Shown here one piece after another: positions 24,675 through 37,300 of a stretch of DNA of 64,000 bases. The notes beneath the pieces are model-generated. The model was not told where the DNA came from and did not search any database. It worked only from the letters and a program-made list of their open reading frames with translations. The stretch is from NCBI GenBank assembly GCA_965112735.1, contig OZ218956.1, positions 2,728,001 through 2,792,000 on the forward strand, given 5' to 3'. The DNA is from Phaeosaccion multiseriatum. Taxonomy: Eukaryota; Protista; Ochrophyta, other classes. Position numbers and translations under genes: made by a program. Position 1 is the stretch's first letter; each line of letters opens with the position of its first letter.

Positions 24675-25902
24675 TTTGACCCCCCTGTCAAGGGAGCTTG
24701 GTTGACTCGTGAGCATGTGTGATGTGAGTCGGCAGTCGCCCCCCGCCCCGAGAAGGATGAGGGGCGCTCTGGTCTCATCGCTCTGGTGTCTCTTTCATGG
24801 GCTGGGCGGTGGCCTTCTGTGGGGGGGGGGCGAGGGCCAAGGCGTGGGTGGGCAGCATCTGCACGAGCAGCGGCAGCAGCAGCAGCAGCAGTTGGTAGTC
24901 CAGCAGCAGGAGCTTGCCCCCCCCCCTCCCATCAACTGCCATCCCTGGTCTCTCGTTGGGACTCTGCGAGCCCAACCCCTTCCCCCCTCTTTGTTGAGCT
25001 CTATCCGAAGAGCTCAGAAGTCACGCAATGTTATTTGTGTATACATATGTATTATTACGTATTTGTGAAGATTTGTAGACCCCGCCCCTGTGCTCTGTTC
25101 GTGGTGTGTGTGGGACATGCATGCGCTCATCTGTTTGTTATGCGTGAGTGAATGAGTGAGAGTAAGTGCGTCCGCGTCAAGTGAAGTGCGCGTGCGAAAA
25201 GGCCTTGATGTCCGTGTGTGTGCGTTTTATGCTCTGGTGCGCGCGTGTGTGTCTTGTGTCGGTGTATAGGTTAGTAGTCGTGTTGAAATATCGGCCCGGG
25301 ACTTGCTCAGGTATGCGCCGACCATTATCAATAATCAGGCCTTGCTCGGCCATTATCAATAATCAGGCCGACTGGCACCGGCCATAATCAACCATCAGAT
25401 AATCAATAATCATGTCGAGGGCCGATCTCCTGAATGTATGTGTACGTTGCGTAATCGTTCGCCCCCCCTTGCACTTCCTCCCCTATTTGCAACACCCTCC
25501 GTCTCCCGCTCTTTCTCCCTTCGGCGGGGCGCAAAATGCAAAAACCTCAGATGAAATCAACGAATACCTTTACATGGATGTACTTTGTATATACATAGGA
25601 AGAGAGGGGCGGACCATCGCTCCAACAAGCATGGATGGGACGAAGGAGAAGCAGCAGTCAGCAGACGCGCTGCGGGTGTCGCGAAGAGCTAGACGGAGTG
25701 AGAGCAGAGAGCAGGCGAAGCGGGCAGGCGGAGCGACGGGTCGCGAAATTGAGGGAAAGACACTCTGAGCCGAAGTCAGGCCTTTCGCCATTGGTGGCGT
25801 GGCATAGTCGGCGTACCCGGGCGGCTGCAACAAGGACGAGCCAAACTCGAAGCTGCACTTCAAGAGACACCTTTTGGGTGCGCGCCCCTGGGGAACATGG
25901 GA

Positions 25903-26199
25903 TCGACCCCTGATACACTATCGCCACATTCTCGATAGCGCGCTATCGGGCCCCGGCGATAGCGGATAGCGTGCCGGCTGGCGCCGGCCGATAGCGGATA
26001 GCGCGCCGGCTGGCTGATAGCACGCCCCAACAACCCCCCCCCCCCCCCCCAAAGCCGGCCGGCTGGCGCCGGCGATAGCGGACAGCGTGCCGGCTGGCGC
26101 CGGCGATAGCGGATAGCGTGCCGGCTGGCGCCGGCGATAGCGGATAGCGCGCCGGCTGGCGCCGGCGATAGCGGATAGCGGATAGTGTACACGGGTCGA
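25903..26199. mobile_element. MITE-like non-autonomous DNA transposon, long copy (297 bp) with internal 31-bp tandem repeat
   Basis: Left TIR identical to the copy at 15666; right TIR GATAGTGTACACGGGTCGA; TSD ATGGGA (25897-25902 and 26200-26205). The internal unit GATAGCGGATAGCGYGCCGGCTGGCGCCGGC recurs at 26074, 26105, 26136 and 26167. Confidence 0.9.
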
Positions 26200-26350
26200 A
26201 TGGGAAGGCCTACGTAGGCCCCGAGGAGGCCAAACCACCTCCCGCTGCAGACTTGCCTTCTTCCGCCAATCGATTCTATTTTCTTTTCCCACGTCTTAGA
26301 GTAGCTACTGGCTGGGCACTTGAATCAGTGGAGGACTCTTCTGTTCTTGG

Positions 26351-27372
26351 TCACTTATGGTAGTCGAGCACCTCTTGCTTCTGACGCTCCCTCACGCCCG
26401 AGGCTTTGGTGTCGTTTGCGTCGCTGCTGACAGAAGCGTGGCGTTTCGTTGCCAGTGTCAGCAGGTAGCGAGAGGCGAGCAGTTGGGGAGGAGGGGCGGG
26501 GTGGTGGGAAGCGAATAGGAAACAAATGCCGAGATGAGAACATAAGAAGGCGGGGGGCGGTGAGCGTGCAGCAGCCAACCCCCAACGTCCACACCGAGAC
26601 GCACAGGCACACGCCGCCTCGCAGCAGGTAAAGTTAAATGAGTATCGCCTATCCGATCGGGCACGCTTCAAACAAAGAGCTGGCATCATCATCAGCAGCA
26701 TCAAAACCCCCTTGCCCACTCCCAGCCACAGCTTCAACGAGTTGTTGAGCGTTGACAACGCACGCACCTGCCAAGGAGCCCCAGAACCCTTCCGAAGAGC
26801 GAGGTGGATTCGTTGGAAGACTGGGAGGAGCGCCTCCTCACCCCGGTCCCTCGGGCAGGAGAGCCCCCTTGCGGAGCCCCGCCGCCGCCCTCGAAGTCGG
26901 AGAGCGATGCGGACTCTCCGAAGGATCCGAGGCTCGTCGCCTGTAGTGAAGGAACACACGAACAAGGCAAGCAGATGCAAAGCACTCTATTAACAAGGAC
27001 GACATGATGTGTGTGGCTGAATGTTTTGTGCGGGCGGCCAGTGGGCCTTGTTTGGTTACTGGCTGTGATACTGATAACCTCTCGCTACAGTAGTGAAACG
27101 CATTACAAGTAAAGCGCATGGCTATCTCCGCCCCTACCGATGTATACACCACCTGCGATGTTCGGCGTGGGCGTCCATCGACCCCGCTCATGTGTGACGA
27201 TTGCCCCTCCTCGCTGAGCCACGACCCGCCCATGTCGTCATCGTCCTCCTCTTCGCACTCCTCCTCATCCTCCTCTTCTTGCTTGTGTGTCCCCATCGCT
27301 TCGCTGTCGGGCGCCTCTTTCAGGGCCTGAAATAGGCCACGAGGCAAAGGAAAAGAGAGAGGAAGAGAGAGA

Positions 27373-27422
<50 letters not shown>

Positions 27423-29486
27423 GAAACAGAGGGAGGAAGAGAGTGAGAGAGAGTGAGAGAGGGAGAGAGAGGAAGAGAGGCAGACAGAGAGAGCGTTTGA
27501 GAGAGCGTGGAAAGTGCAAGCATTACAATTGCCCGCCAAGAACAGAAGAAGAAAGCCAAGGCAGGGTAAGGGCCTGACCAGCAGGCAAAGAGCGGCCTCG
27601 GGCTCGGCATCAGCAGGAATGTCCTTTGCTTCCTTGCCACCGTATAGGGTCATTCGCCCTCCCCCCCGCTACACATCGCCGTACGTACTGACGCACTCAC
27701 GCACCCACGCACCCACGCATCCTTGCACCGAGGCACTCACTCACCGGCTCTGTCGAAGGTTTAAAGAAGCTCACAAAAGCCGAGAAAACTCCCTCTTCAT
27801 CCGAATGGCTCTGCGGATAGCAACGAAGGGCAGCACGGACAGGCCCAAGGGTGGTGAGGCAAGAAAGAAGAAGAAGAAGAAGAAGAAGAAGAAGAAGAAG
27901 AAGAAGAAGAAGAAGAAGAAGAAGAAGAAGAAGAAGAAGAAGAAGAAGAAGAAGAAGAAGAAGAAGAAGAAGAAAGTAAAGCACACACCGATTCTGCCTC
28001 CTGTACCTGTGCGAGAACAGATCCCCTCCTCCGCGCGTCCAGCTGGGACTCCTCCTCCTCCTCCTCCTTCTCCTCCTTCTCCTCCTCCTCCTCCTTCTCC
28101 TCCTCCTCCTCCTCCTCCTCCTTCTCCTCCTCCCACTCCTCCTCCTCTTCCTCCTCTTCCCACTCCTCCTTTTCCTCCTCCTCCTCCTCCTCCTCCTCCT
28201 CCTCCTCCTCCTCCTCCTCCTCCTCCTCCTTCTCCTCCTCTTCTTCTTCTTCCTCCTCTTCTTCCTCCTCCTCCTCCTCCTCCTCCTCCTCCTCCTCCTC
28301 CTCCTCCTCCTCCTCTTCATAGCAGGACCCCTCCTCCATCGAGCCTCGGCGCCCGAGCTGCCCATGCTGCCGCCTCTCCTCGTCTTCATCGCCTTCCACC
28401 GTGTCCCCAAGGGTCGAGCTCAAACCTTGCGGGTGAGCGCGTACGCGTGGGTGTGTGCGTGGGCGCTGTTGGTGTTGTTGATGTTGCTGTTGTTGTTGAT
28501 GTTGGTGTTGGTGTCGTTTGGTATGGTCAGAGGACAGCGAGACTCGACGAGCGGTAGGCGACGGCGGCGCCGTATATCGATGCTGATGCTGTTGGAGTTG
28601 TTGATGCAGCGGAGTGGTCGACATCTGTGAAGTGGCATGGGAGAGGTCGTCAGCCGCCGCGGCGCTGTAGAGGGCCTCCTCAGCTGCTCGGGCCTGGCGA
28701 AGCTCCTCCATCTTTGTGCACATTGGGTACATCACACGCACGCACGGGACGGGGGGCGCGAGAAGCGAGGGGGGGGGGGGGAGGGGGGGCGAGGAGGGTG
28801 TCACAGCTGGTGTCCGTCACAAATGCAGTCACGGGGTTGACCCAACACGCCGCGATATGTCTGACTTTGCTGTTCAGATGGGATGGAACTACGGTAGCTC
28901 CTCAACAGCTTGGCTCCTCAGCGGCTAGGGGTAGCTCTGGTCCGGGATGTCAGTGAAAGGAGACGGCGCCTTTGAAATGGAGCTGAAAGTGCCTCACAAA
29001 GTACTGTGTACGCAAAGGGCAACAACGCCGTGTCTTCTCTCGGGCTGACCACTCTGTGTGGCTGACTGGCTGACTGACTGACTGAGAGACAGACAGACAG
29101 ACAGACTGACTGACAGACTGACTGGCTGACTGGCACCCTGGACTGACTGCTTGACTGACTGGTACCCTTTACAGACTGACCTCTGTGAGGCGCTGGCGAA
29201 TGCGCTCTTTCCGACGCTGCTTCCTTAACTCCCGAGCGGCCGTGTTGCCTCTGCAGTGGGAGGGAGGGGACGGGGAAGGGGCGTGGATGACAGTGGGTGG
29301 ATGGCAGTGGATGGAGCGGAGGGGGCGGGGCGTGTTACTCGGCAACGGATGTGAGTTGGGGGTACGTGCATTGCATCCGTTTAGTTAACACCGCTGACTC
29401 TGAATTGTCATGTGTGCGTACATGCGTCCGTTCGTGTGTGTGGAAGCAAGCTGACTTTGAACTGTGGGATGTGTGCGTGAGTAAAC

Positions 29487-29517
<31 letters not shown>

Positions 29518-30345
29518 TGTGTGTGTGCGGGTGTGCGTGGGCGTGTGGAGGCAAATGAGCTGCTGACCTATTGTCGAATACTGAAGAGGTGACCCTCTTG
29601 ATGATGCCGTCGGAGTCGGTGTAGAAGGCGTCTTCGGAGTCGATCTCTTGGATGATGGCCTATAGCAGTTGGTGATGCGGCAGTTGGTGATCCATCATCG
29701 TTGGTGATGGGCTATGGCTTTTTCTCGCGGGCAATGCATGCAACGTGCTTGCGCTTTCCCTCCCTCCACACATACGTGTGCTAGAATGATGTGTGTGTAT
29801 GTATGTATGTGTGTATGTATGTGTGTGTGTGTGTGCGTGTGAGTAAAGAGGCTCACCTGCAAACCGTTGACGATCTCCGCCCTCTCCTCGTCCCCCGGGG
29901 CCCTGAACACGTATACCTTGCCCCTGCCCACCTTGCCGCGCTTACACTCCAGCGTAAGCAGCTCAGACCTGGCGGAGAACGGTCCGAAACGTTCGAAACG
30001 TTCATATGCGGGGGGCGAGGGGGAAGAGTTAGCTCCAGGCAGTCCTGACACCGATTATATACATTGGACAGACGAATGAACAAGACAGAAACGGGATGTA
30101 GGTCTGATTGGGTATGATAGAATGGGCACTAGTATCACTAACGTAAGGAGAGGGGTGGAGGGGTGGAGGGGCTGTACCGTCACTACTGCAACTCTGTCCT
30201 GTGATCTTTCATCCCTTCCCTCCCTTCCCTCGCTCTGCGAAACGACGAAGTCATCTAAATGATGTCACTCAAGCGTAAGAGTCACGTAAGGAGAGCGAGA
30301 GAGAGACAGACAGAGAGAAAGGAGGGAGGGAAGAGAGACGGAATC

Positions 30346-30380
<35 letters not shown>

Positions 30381-30412
30381 GGAGAGAGAGGGAGAGGGAG
30401 AGAGAGGGAGAG

Positions 30413-30450
<38 letters not shown>

Positions 30451-30488
30451 GGAGAGGGAGAGAGAGGGGGAGAGAAAGAGCGAGAGAG

Positions 30489-30526
<38 letters not shown>

Positions 30527-33395
30527 GGAGAGGGAGAGGGAGAGAGAGGGAGAGGGAGAGAGAGAGAGAAAGAAAGAGAGAGAGAGAGAGAGAAGACACA
30601 TGTGACGTAATGTGAAGCAACTGACTTACGCGGCCGGGACCTTGACCATCCTAGCTCTCATGGCGATGGAGGGGAAGCCTTTCTTGGGAGGGCCGAGATA
30701 ACAGGCCTTCAGTGCCACAAGGGGGATCACACGGGGTCGGACACTGCTCTACTCGGCAAAGGAAGAGAGGGGACGGGATGGCAGTGAATGAGGAGGGGAG
30801 AGACCTGCGAAGTTTGACAATGAACGTGACCAACGAAGTGAGTGAAGTGAGTGAAGTACCAACCGAGTATCTCCAAGTGAGAGCGTTGAGGGCGGCGTTG
30901 GGCTTGATGCGGATGGTCTTGAGGTTTCCGTCCTTCTTGCGGAACTTGTGCACCTGTTTCGCATGTACGCATCGTAAGTCAATGACTTTTAAAGTCGTGG
31001 CTGTGCTCACCCTCGCCGCCTCACCGCCGCAGCCTGCTCCCGGAGTACTGAACCATTCTTTGTTGCCTTACTTACGACACACCTTTATGCCTTGGAGCTG
31101 GAGATCTCGCTTGAAACGCTTCAGCCCCTCCTATTGGGTTGGGTTGGGTCGGAATGGATGAAAGGATGTGGGAAGCGGCGTGGGTACGGGTATGAGTGGA
31201 GGTGTGGGTGGAAGTAGAACAGACGAAGCCCCCCCCTCCCGCCCCTACACACCTTGAGCTCTCGCTCCTCCCTTCTTTGGAAGCGCAAGTCATCCACGCT
31301 CTGCAGTACTGACCACCCCCTGCGACGGCAAAAGTATGCATGCAGGCATATGGGTAGGCAGGCATGCAGGCATAAAGGCAGACAGGCAGGCAGGCAGGCA
31401 GGTAGGCGGCAGGCAGACAGACAGACCGACAGACAGGCGACCAAGTGCCAGTGGTTAGACGGACACGCGGATAGACAAGAGGACCGAGCGGCCGAAGGGG
31501 GCAAGAAGCCCAGTCAGAGTGAGGAAGGGCAAGGGAAGGCGTGGAGCAGAGGCATATCGATAGAGGCATATGGGTAGGCACTATGTTGGGGGTGGCCCTT
31601 TCCCCAAATGAAGCGAACGCAAGCAAACCCCCTCTCCCGTCTCCTCCTACACACACACACACACACAAGCATATACAACAAACATATATACACACAAGAG
31701 CTGCTATTGGTTCTCTGATGTCTAATACAATAAACTGGAACTGAACTGAAACTGCTTCGTACCTGTAAAATGCCTGTATACGTACGGCGGCCCTGTCCCT
31801 GCAAGATTGCCGTTTTGCCTGCAGCAGGAGCCTGATGCGGCGCCACACGGCAAGCGTCTGAAGGGAGGCTTTGATGACCTTGAGGGCAGAGTGCTGGGCG
31901 GGGGTGAAGAGCTGGGGGGACACACTGTGGCGTAGAGGGAAGCAAGTAAGTGGGTGGTGTAGAGGGGGGAGAAGAAGGAAAGAGGTTGGTAGTGGGGAGA
32001 GTCGTGCAGTCGCCAGTGTAGAGGGCAGGAATAGAGGTTTAGTACAGGATCGGCCAGGACAGGGCAAGTCACGAGACAGGCAGAGGCATATAGACACGCA
32101 GGAAGGCAGGCAGATCAGCACACACACACACTCACACACAAGGGTGAAGAGAGAGGAGGAGGCCGGGGGGGTGGGAGGAGGGCAAGGTAAGGCAGGTGAA
32201 GCGAGGAGTCAGGGGGGGGGGGGGGGGTAAGGAGAAAGATAGGGAAGGGTATCCTGGTGCTTCTCTTACGCCTGCTGGTTTCATCTTCTGCCAGTTGAGT
32301 ATGTTGGAACCAAGAGGGAGGGTACTGGTATCAAGGAGGAGGCAAAAACCAGCAGAGTTTATGTGGCCTCGGACACCAAATGGCACTTCTCTGTGCTCAC
32401 CTCACGGCCACGTCGTAGTTTTGCCAATACTCGTCGACGCTGCAAGAAGGCGTTGTGAACATTTCCCCGCATTTCCCCGCAGGAGGGAGGTACAGAAGGA
32501 GGGTGGGCGGATTGAGATGTGGGGATTGGGAGGGTGTGGGGGGTGGTCAAGGTTGGTGAGAGTCGGTGGGGGGGGGGGGGGGAGTCGGAGGAGGCAGGCA
32601 GACAGGTAGGCGGGTACTCAGGGGGTTAGGGGGTTCGGCAGGCAGGCAGGGCTTGTGCGTGGTCAGAGCAGGGCAATGCAACGGCCTAGTGGAGCAGGAA
32701 GGCAAACTCCCAAAGAGAGGCGGGGGGGGGGGGCTCCTTCGTTTTGCGTTCGAGCTCTCTGGCTTTCCTGTCTTTCTGTCCCTCTCCCCCCCCCCCCCTC
32801 GTTCCTCTCTCGCTCTCTGTCTCTCTCTTTCTCTCTGTCTTTCTCCCTTCTCAAGTATTCACTCCACGGGGGATGTGGGTGCTGCAGTGGAGTTGCAAAG
32901 GCAATGATCTCGACGAAGAAGGGAAGCCCCACATCTTTGACTGGCTGGGGGAGGGGGAGGCTGTCTCAACTCCTTGGTGCGGTGCAAGCAGACCCTTCCT
33001 GATGTACATGAGGGGGGGGGGGGGGGGGATTGTGCCTCGTTCTCACGCACTCACCCCTCTGGCTTCTCCGTAGGCGCTTGGGCGGGACGCACTTGGTCAA
33101 GTAAGTTCAGCCACGACCCTGAAGACCCTGTAGATCCTCCTATGGACTCGTTTCGGTTTAGATCACCCTGCTTCGACCTTTCTTTTTGCTGCTGTCGCTT
33201 CTGCTGCTGATGGTGTTTCTGCCCCTGTTGATCCTGCTGCTCTTGCTGCTGCTGCTCTCTCCGGCTCCCTTTTTTCGCGGCCCGTCCCTTTTCACGCCTA
33301 GAACTGTCACTATCATCCTCCGACGCTGCATATGAACCATGCGAGCCTATTGTGGCGTTTAGTTGCCAATCGAAGCTGGATCGAGGCTGGGCCAT
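26351..33395 (-). CDS. Multi-exon protein with an IQ motif, a PH-like domain and a long poly-Glu tract; function unknown
   Basis: IQ-like AAVRIQAFYR/GW at about 31800. PH-like fold across exons 30953-30864, 30748-30630 and 29967-29857 (IKVHKFRKKDG...ALTW...IPLVALKACYLG...LLTLEC...VYVFRAPGDEERAEIVNGLQAII). Last exon SSDANDTK...DYHK* is in phase. The 5' exons and start codon are uncertain. Confidence 0.65.
27862..27975. repeat. (AAG)n microsatellite, about 37 units, intronic
   Basis: Seen directly. It lies downstream of the minus-strand donor at 28006. Confidence 0.9.
30293..30596. repeat. Imperfect (GA)n microsatellite, intronic
   Basis: Seen directly. Confidence 0.9.
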
Positions 33396-34360
33396 TCTGT
33401 TCCTCACGCAGGCCGTTGTTGCTTTTGCTGCTGCTAATACCGAGACTCCCTGCCTCCTTCCAAAACCTCGTACTACTCACTAATCAACGCGGGGGTGGGG
33501 GGAGTTTGGCATTGTTGTATAAAGCGTATGTCGTCTGCCTGTCGTCCTGGCTGTGCATTCTGATCTGATGACTGAATAATCGCGTATAGTGCAGTAGCAA
33601 AGAAGAGGAGGAGGAGAGATTATGCCGCCGTCGGAGAAGTAACGGAAAGGTTGCGATGGCAGCAGGGTAGCAGGGTGCGAGGCGCTTCCCGTAGTTGCTC
33701 AGCAGTCTACTACTACCGCTCACTCCAAAAAGTCTGCCCGAATAAGAACAGCAGCAGGTTGTTCGCATGTTTTGAGTTTATTGCTGTTTTAATGTTAATG
33801 CTGTGTGCTGCTGGGTACTTAATTACTTTAAGTACCCTTGCTCCCCCCCCCCCCCCTTCCCCCTTCACTTCACTTCCCCTGTCACTGACGGATAACCGCC
33901 CGATTTCCCCCTATCCTCCCAAACTAGACCTCCTCGATTCCCAATGTCCAAACAACTGTGACCCATCACTTACGAAAGCAACCCGCCCCCTCCCCTCGAC
34001 TCTTGGCCAGGCTCAGCCCCCCCCCCCACTTTTGGGATCCTTTCCTCCTTGGTGCTAATCAGTGCTACCTGTCACCTGCTACCGTCCGTGTTAGCCGGCC
34101 TGCTACCCGCTTCCCACGGGCTGTCTCAAAGATGGTATACATGTTGGAATCAGTATCGTCGACATATGAGGGACGCTGTTAGGGTTTAGGCTTAACGTCG
34201 CTGCACAACGACTAAACAAGTACTAAGTGCCGGCGCCAGCCGCCCTGCTATCTGCTACCGCCGGTGCGAGCCTTTGCTACCTGCCACCGGCCCCGTCCAG
34301 CAGCCGCGCCCAGTAGCACGCAACCGAGAATAGGCCGGTAGAGAATAGGCCGGGCGCTCG

Positions 34361-37300
34361 TCAGGGGAAATCATGCTCCTGCTGCTGTGTGGCTCTTCGC
34401 GCCCCCCACTCTCGCTCCTCCGCGGCATCGGCCTTCGCCAGTCCAACCTTGCGGGCCTCGAACTGCTGCTGCACCCTCGCCCAGTGCTCGCTGGGGGGCA
34501 GCGGGTGGCAGTAGATGGAGCGGGGTGGGGCAGTCGATGGAGCAGGATGGCAGAGGATGGAGCGGAGGATGGTTGTAGATGGGGCAGGGGCACGAGAGTG
34601 CAAAGGATGGGAGGGGAGGGGATGGGCACCGGATTGACATTGGGTCAGGAAAGAGAGGAAATAGAGGCCCTTTCGCCTGACCCAATGGAGTGAGAGTGGG
34701 AGGAGGCACAGGCCCCTTGCCTGAGGCAATCCTGCCTGAGGCAATCCTCGTAGGTGGAGTCGCGTTCAGAGAGAAGCACAGAAGGACGAAGCAGCTGTCG
34801 ACGTATACAGCAGTTGGTGGTGCAACAGCAGTCGTGCACCACCCCGGCCAAGCAAAAGGGGCAGGCCTTCTGTTGTCTTACCGATCGTCGAACTTGATGC
34901 CCATGGGGGGTAGGCCTGACGACTCCCCCCTTGCCTCCTCGTCTACTGCTCCAGCGCGGTCGCCAACTGTTGCGTGAGGCCCACTCGAGGAGGCGGCGGC
35001 GGAGGAAGTGTCAACAGGGATGGTGTGAAAGGCCATTGCGAAGGAGCGACCCAGGGAGGCGTAGTCCACATGAGCGAAGCCCAGACTCTCCACGATGCTC
35101 ACCCACGCTCTCCTCGCCTCTCTCTTGGCTGATACCCCACCAGAAGGGCAAGGGGAGGAGGAGGAGGAGGAGGAGGAGGAGGAGGAGGAGGAGGAGGAGG
35201 AGGAGGAGGAGGAGGAGGAGGAGGAGGAGGAGGTGGTGGTGGTGGTGGAGGAGGAGGAGGAGGAGGAGGAGGAGGAGGCGGAGGCGGAGGAGGAGGAGGA
35301 GGAGGCGGAGGCGGAGGAGGAGGAGGAGGAGGAGGAGGAGGAGGAGGAGGAGAGAAGAGGAGGAGGAGGAGGAGGAGGAGGAGGAGGAGGAGGAGGAGGA
35401 GGAGGAGGAGGAGGAGGAGAGAAGACGAGGAGAGGGAGATGAGATGAGAGAGGGAGAGATAGGGAGGGAGGAAGAAGAGAGTGAGATAGGGGGAGAGAGC
35501 GGCCAGGGAAGAAGGGAGAAAGAGAGATTAGAGCGAGGGAGATCCACGACAGCACACAAGAAGAAAGACGAAGACACAGCGTACAGCGAGGACAAAAGTC
35601 AAAAGAAGTCCGCCTGTGCTCCCTGAGACTTGGGAGGACTTTTTCAGTCCACCCGAGTAAAGCACGAGCTCATCGACTGACGAGTTGTTTGCAATCCATT
35701 CGAATCACTCCTCCCTCCCCCCTCCTCCCAAGTAAAGTTTAATACGGTGAAGAGGAGAGGTGAAAAAGAGAGAGAGGGAGAGAGAGAAGGAGAGAGAGAC
35801 AGCACTCACCGGGTTGGTTGGCTCCCAGACAGGAGCTGTTGGGTTCAACAATGAGAAGCAGCCCCGATCGCAGGGGGTCGTCATCTGCAGTCATACAGGT
35901 ATAACGGTACAGAGGGTGTAGGTGTATGTTGCGGTAAGAGAAGGAGAGAGAGTAAGTCAACAAGTGGGCCTCCTCATCCATCAGCCCCATAAGCCTCCGC
36001 CCCAGCCACGCACGCACACACGCACGCCATTACCGGTGGGGCCCGTGAGCAGCTCCCTGCAGCGTTGGACCATGAGGGTGCGATCCGAAGGCTCGGGCAC
36101 GTAAGACAGCACAAGGCTCAGCACGCACACATCGAAGCTCGCCGCAGGCAGCTGCTGCAAGGTTCCCGCCTCCTCATCCTCCTCTTCCTCCTTCTCCTCC
36201 TCCCCCCCCTTTTCGGTCGCTGCTGTTCTCTTCTCTCGCTGCTGAACGACGGGAGGCGATCCCTCGGGCCCGACCCTGAGCTTCAAAAAGTCGCAAGTAT
36301 ACACGGACGGGTCGGCGGGGCAGAGGTCCAGGGCCATCACGCTCGTCACCACACGTCCACTACCATCCCCTGCTCCAGTGTTTTCTCCTGCCCCTCCTCC
36401 TCCTTCTCCTCCTCGTCCTCCTCCTCCCATGGACAAGCTCCGAAAGGGGTTGAAGCACGAGCCCACATCGAGCAGTGCAAGCCCTCCCCTCCTCAGCGGC
36501 TCGACAAAGCCAGCCTCTCGGAGGGCTTCATCCTCGTCCTCTTTGGCCAAGCTCATTCCACGCTGCTCAAAGAACTCTCTCCTTACGACCTTGCGGGCGA
36601 TTCGCTTCGCCACGCCCCCCTCCATGCCAAAGAGCGTGCACTGTCTGTCGCACCATGCGTAGCCTCCTCGAATCCAACTCTGTGACAGCACAGCACAGGC
36701 CACGCAAGAGAGGGAAAGAAGCAAGAATGTGCAACAACAACACAGCATTGGAGTAAGCTCTATATTTCGCCCCCTCCTCCTCCTCCTCCTCCTCCTCCTC
36801 CTCCTCCTCCTCCTCCTCCTCCTCCTCCTCCTCCTCCTCCTCCTCCTCCTCCTCTTCCTCCTCCTCCTCCTCTTCCTCCTCCTCCTCACTGAACCCCAAC
36901 ATCCAGTGCGTCCGCCTCCTGCCTTCTTTCGTAAGCTAGGCCTGATTCGTTGTCTTCCTTCCTCCCCACAAATCACACACACATATGTAATTCTTAGGTT
37001 GATTCCTATGAGTCAATAAAGTTTTCCTTCCCCCCCACACACAACCAAGCCATTATTCTCGTCCTCGCCTCACCCACCTGTACACTTAGCGCCTTCATGT
37101 TGGAGGCATATAGCTGCAGCGCCGCTGTGTCTTGCATGCTCTCCTCCCATCCGTCCCTACGCACTCGCTCGTGATGTTTGGTCATGTTCTTCCCACTCTG
37201 CACCACAACATCTCTGATGGAGCGCAGCGCAGTCATGTAGTGGCGCCGCTTGTCGAGGAAGAGGGCGGCATCGACGGCCCCACTACTCAAGTCCTGCCGA

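Noticed and set aside
25903-26199. CRISPR-like array of GC-rich palindromic repeats
   Set aside because: Units are contiguous with no unique spacers, are bounded by TIRs and TSDs, and the context is eukaryotic with no cas genes.
27514-28557. 347-aa poly-Lys/poly-Pro ORF on the + strand
   Set aside because: Antisense shadow of the (CTT)n intron and the poly-Glu exon of the minus-strand gene.
30630-30650. Apparent 21-nt microexon in the PH domain
   Set aside because: The frame is open and in phase from 30748, so it is the tail of a larger exon.
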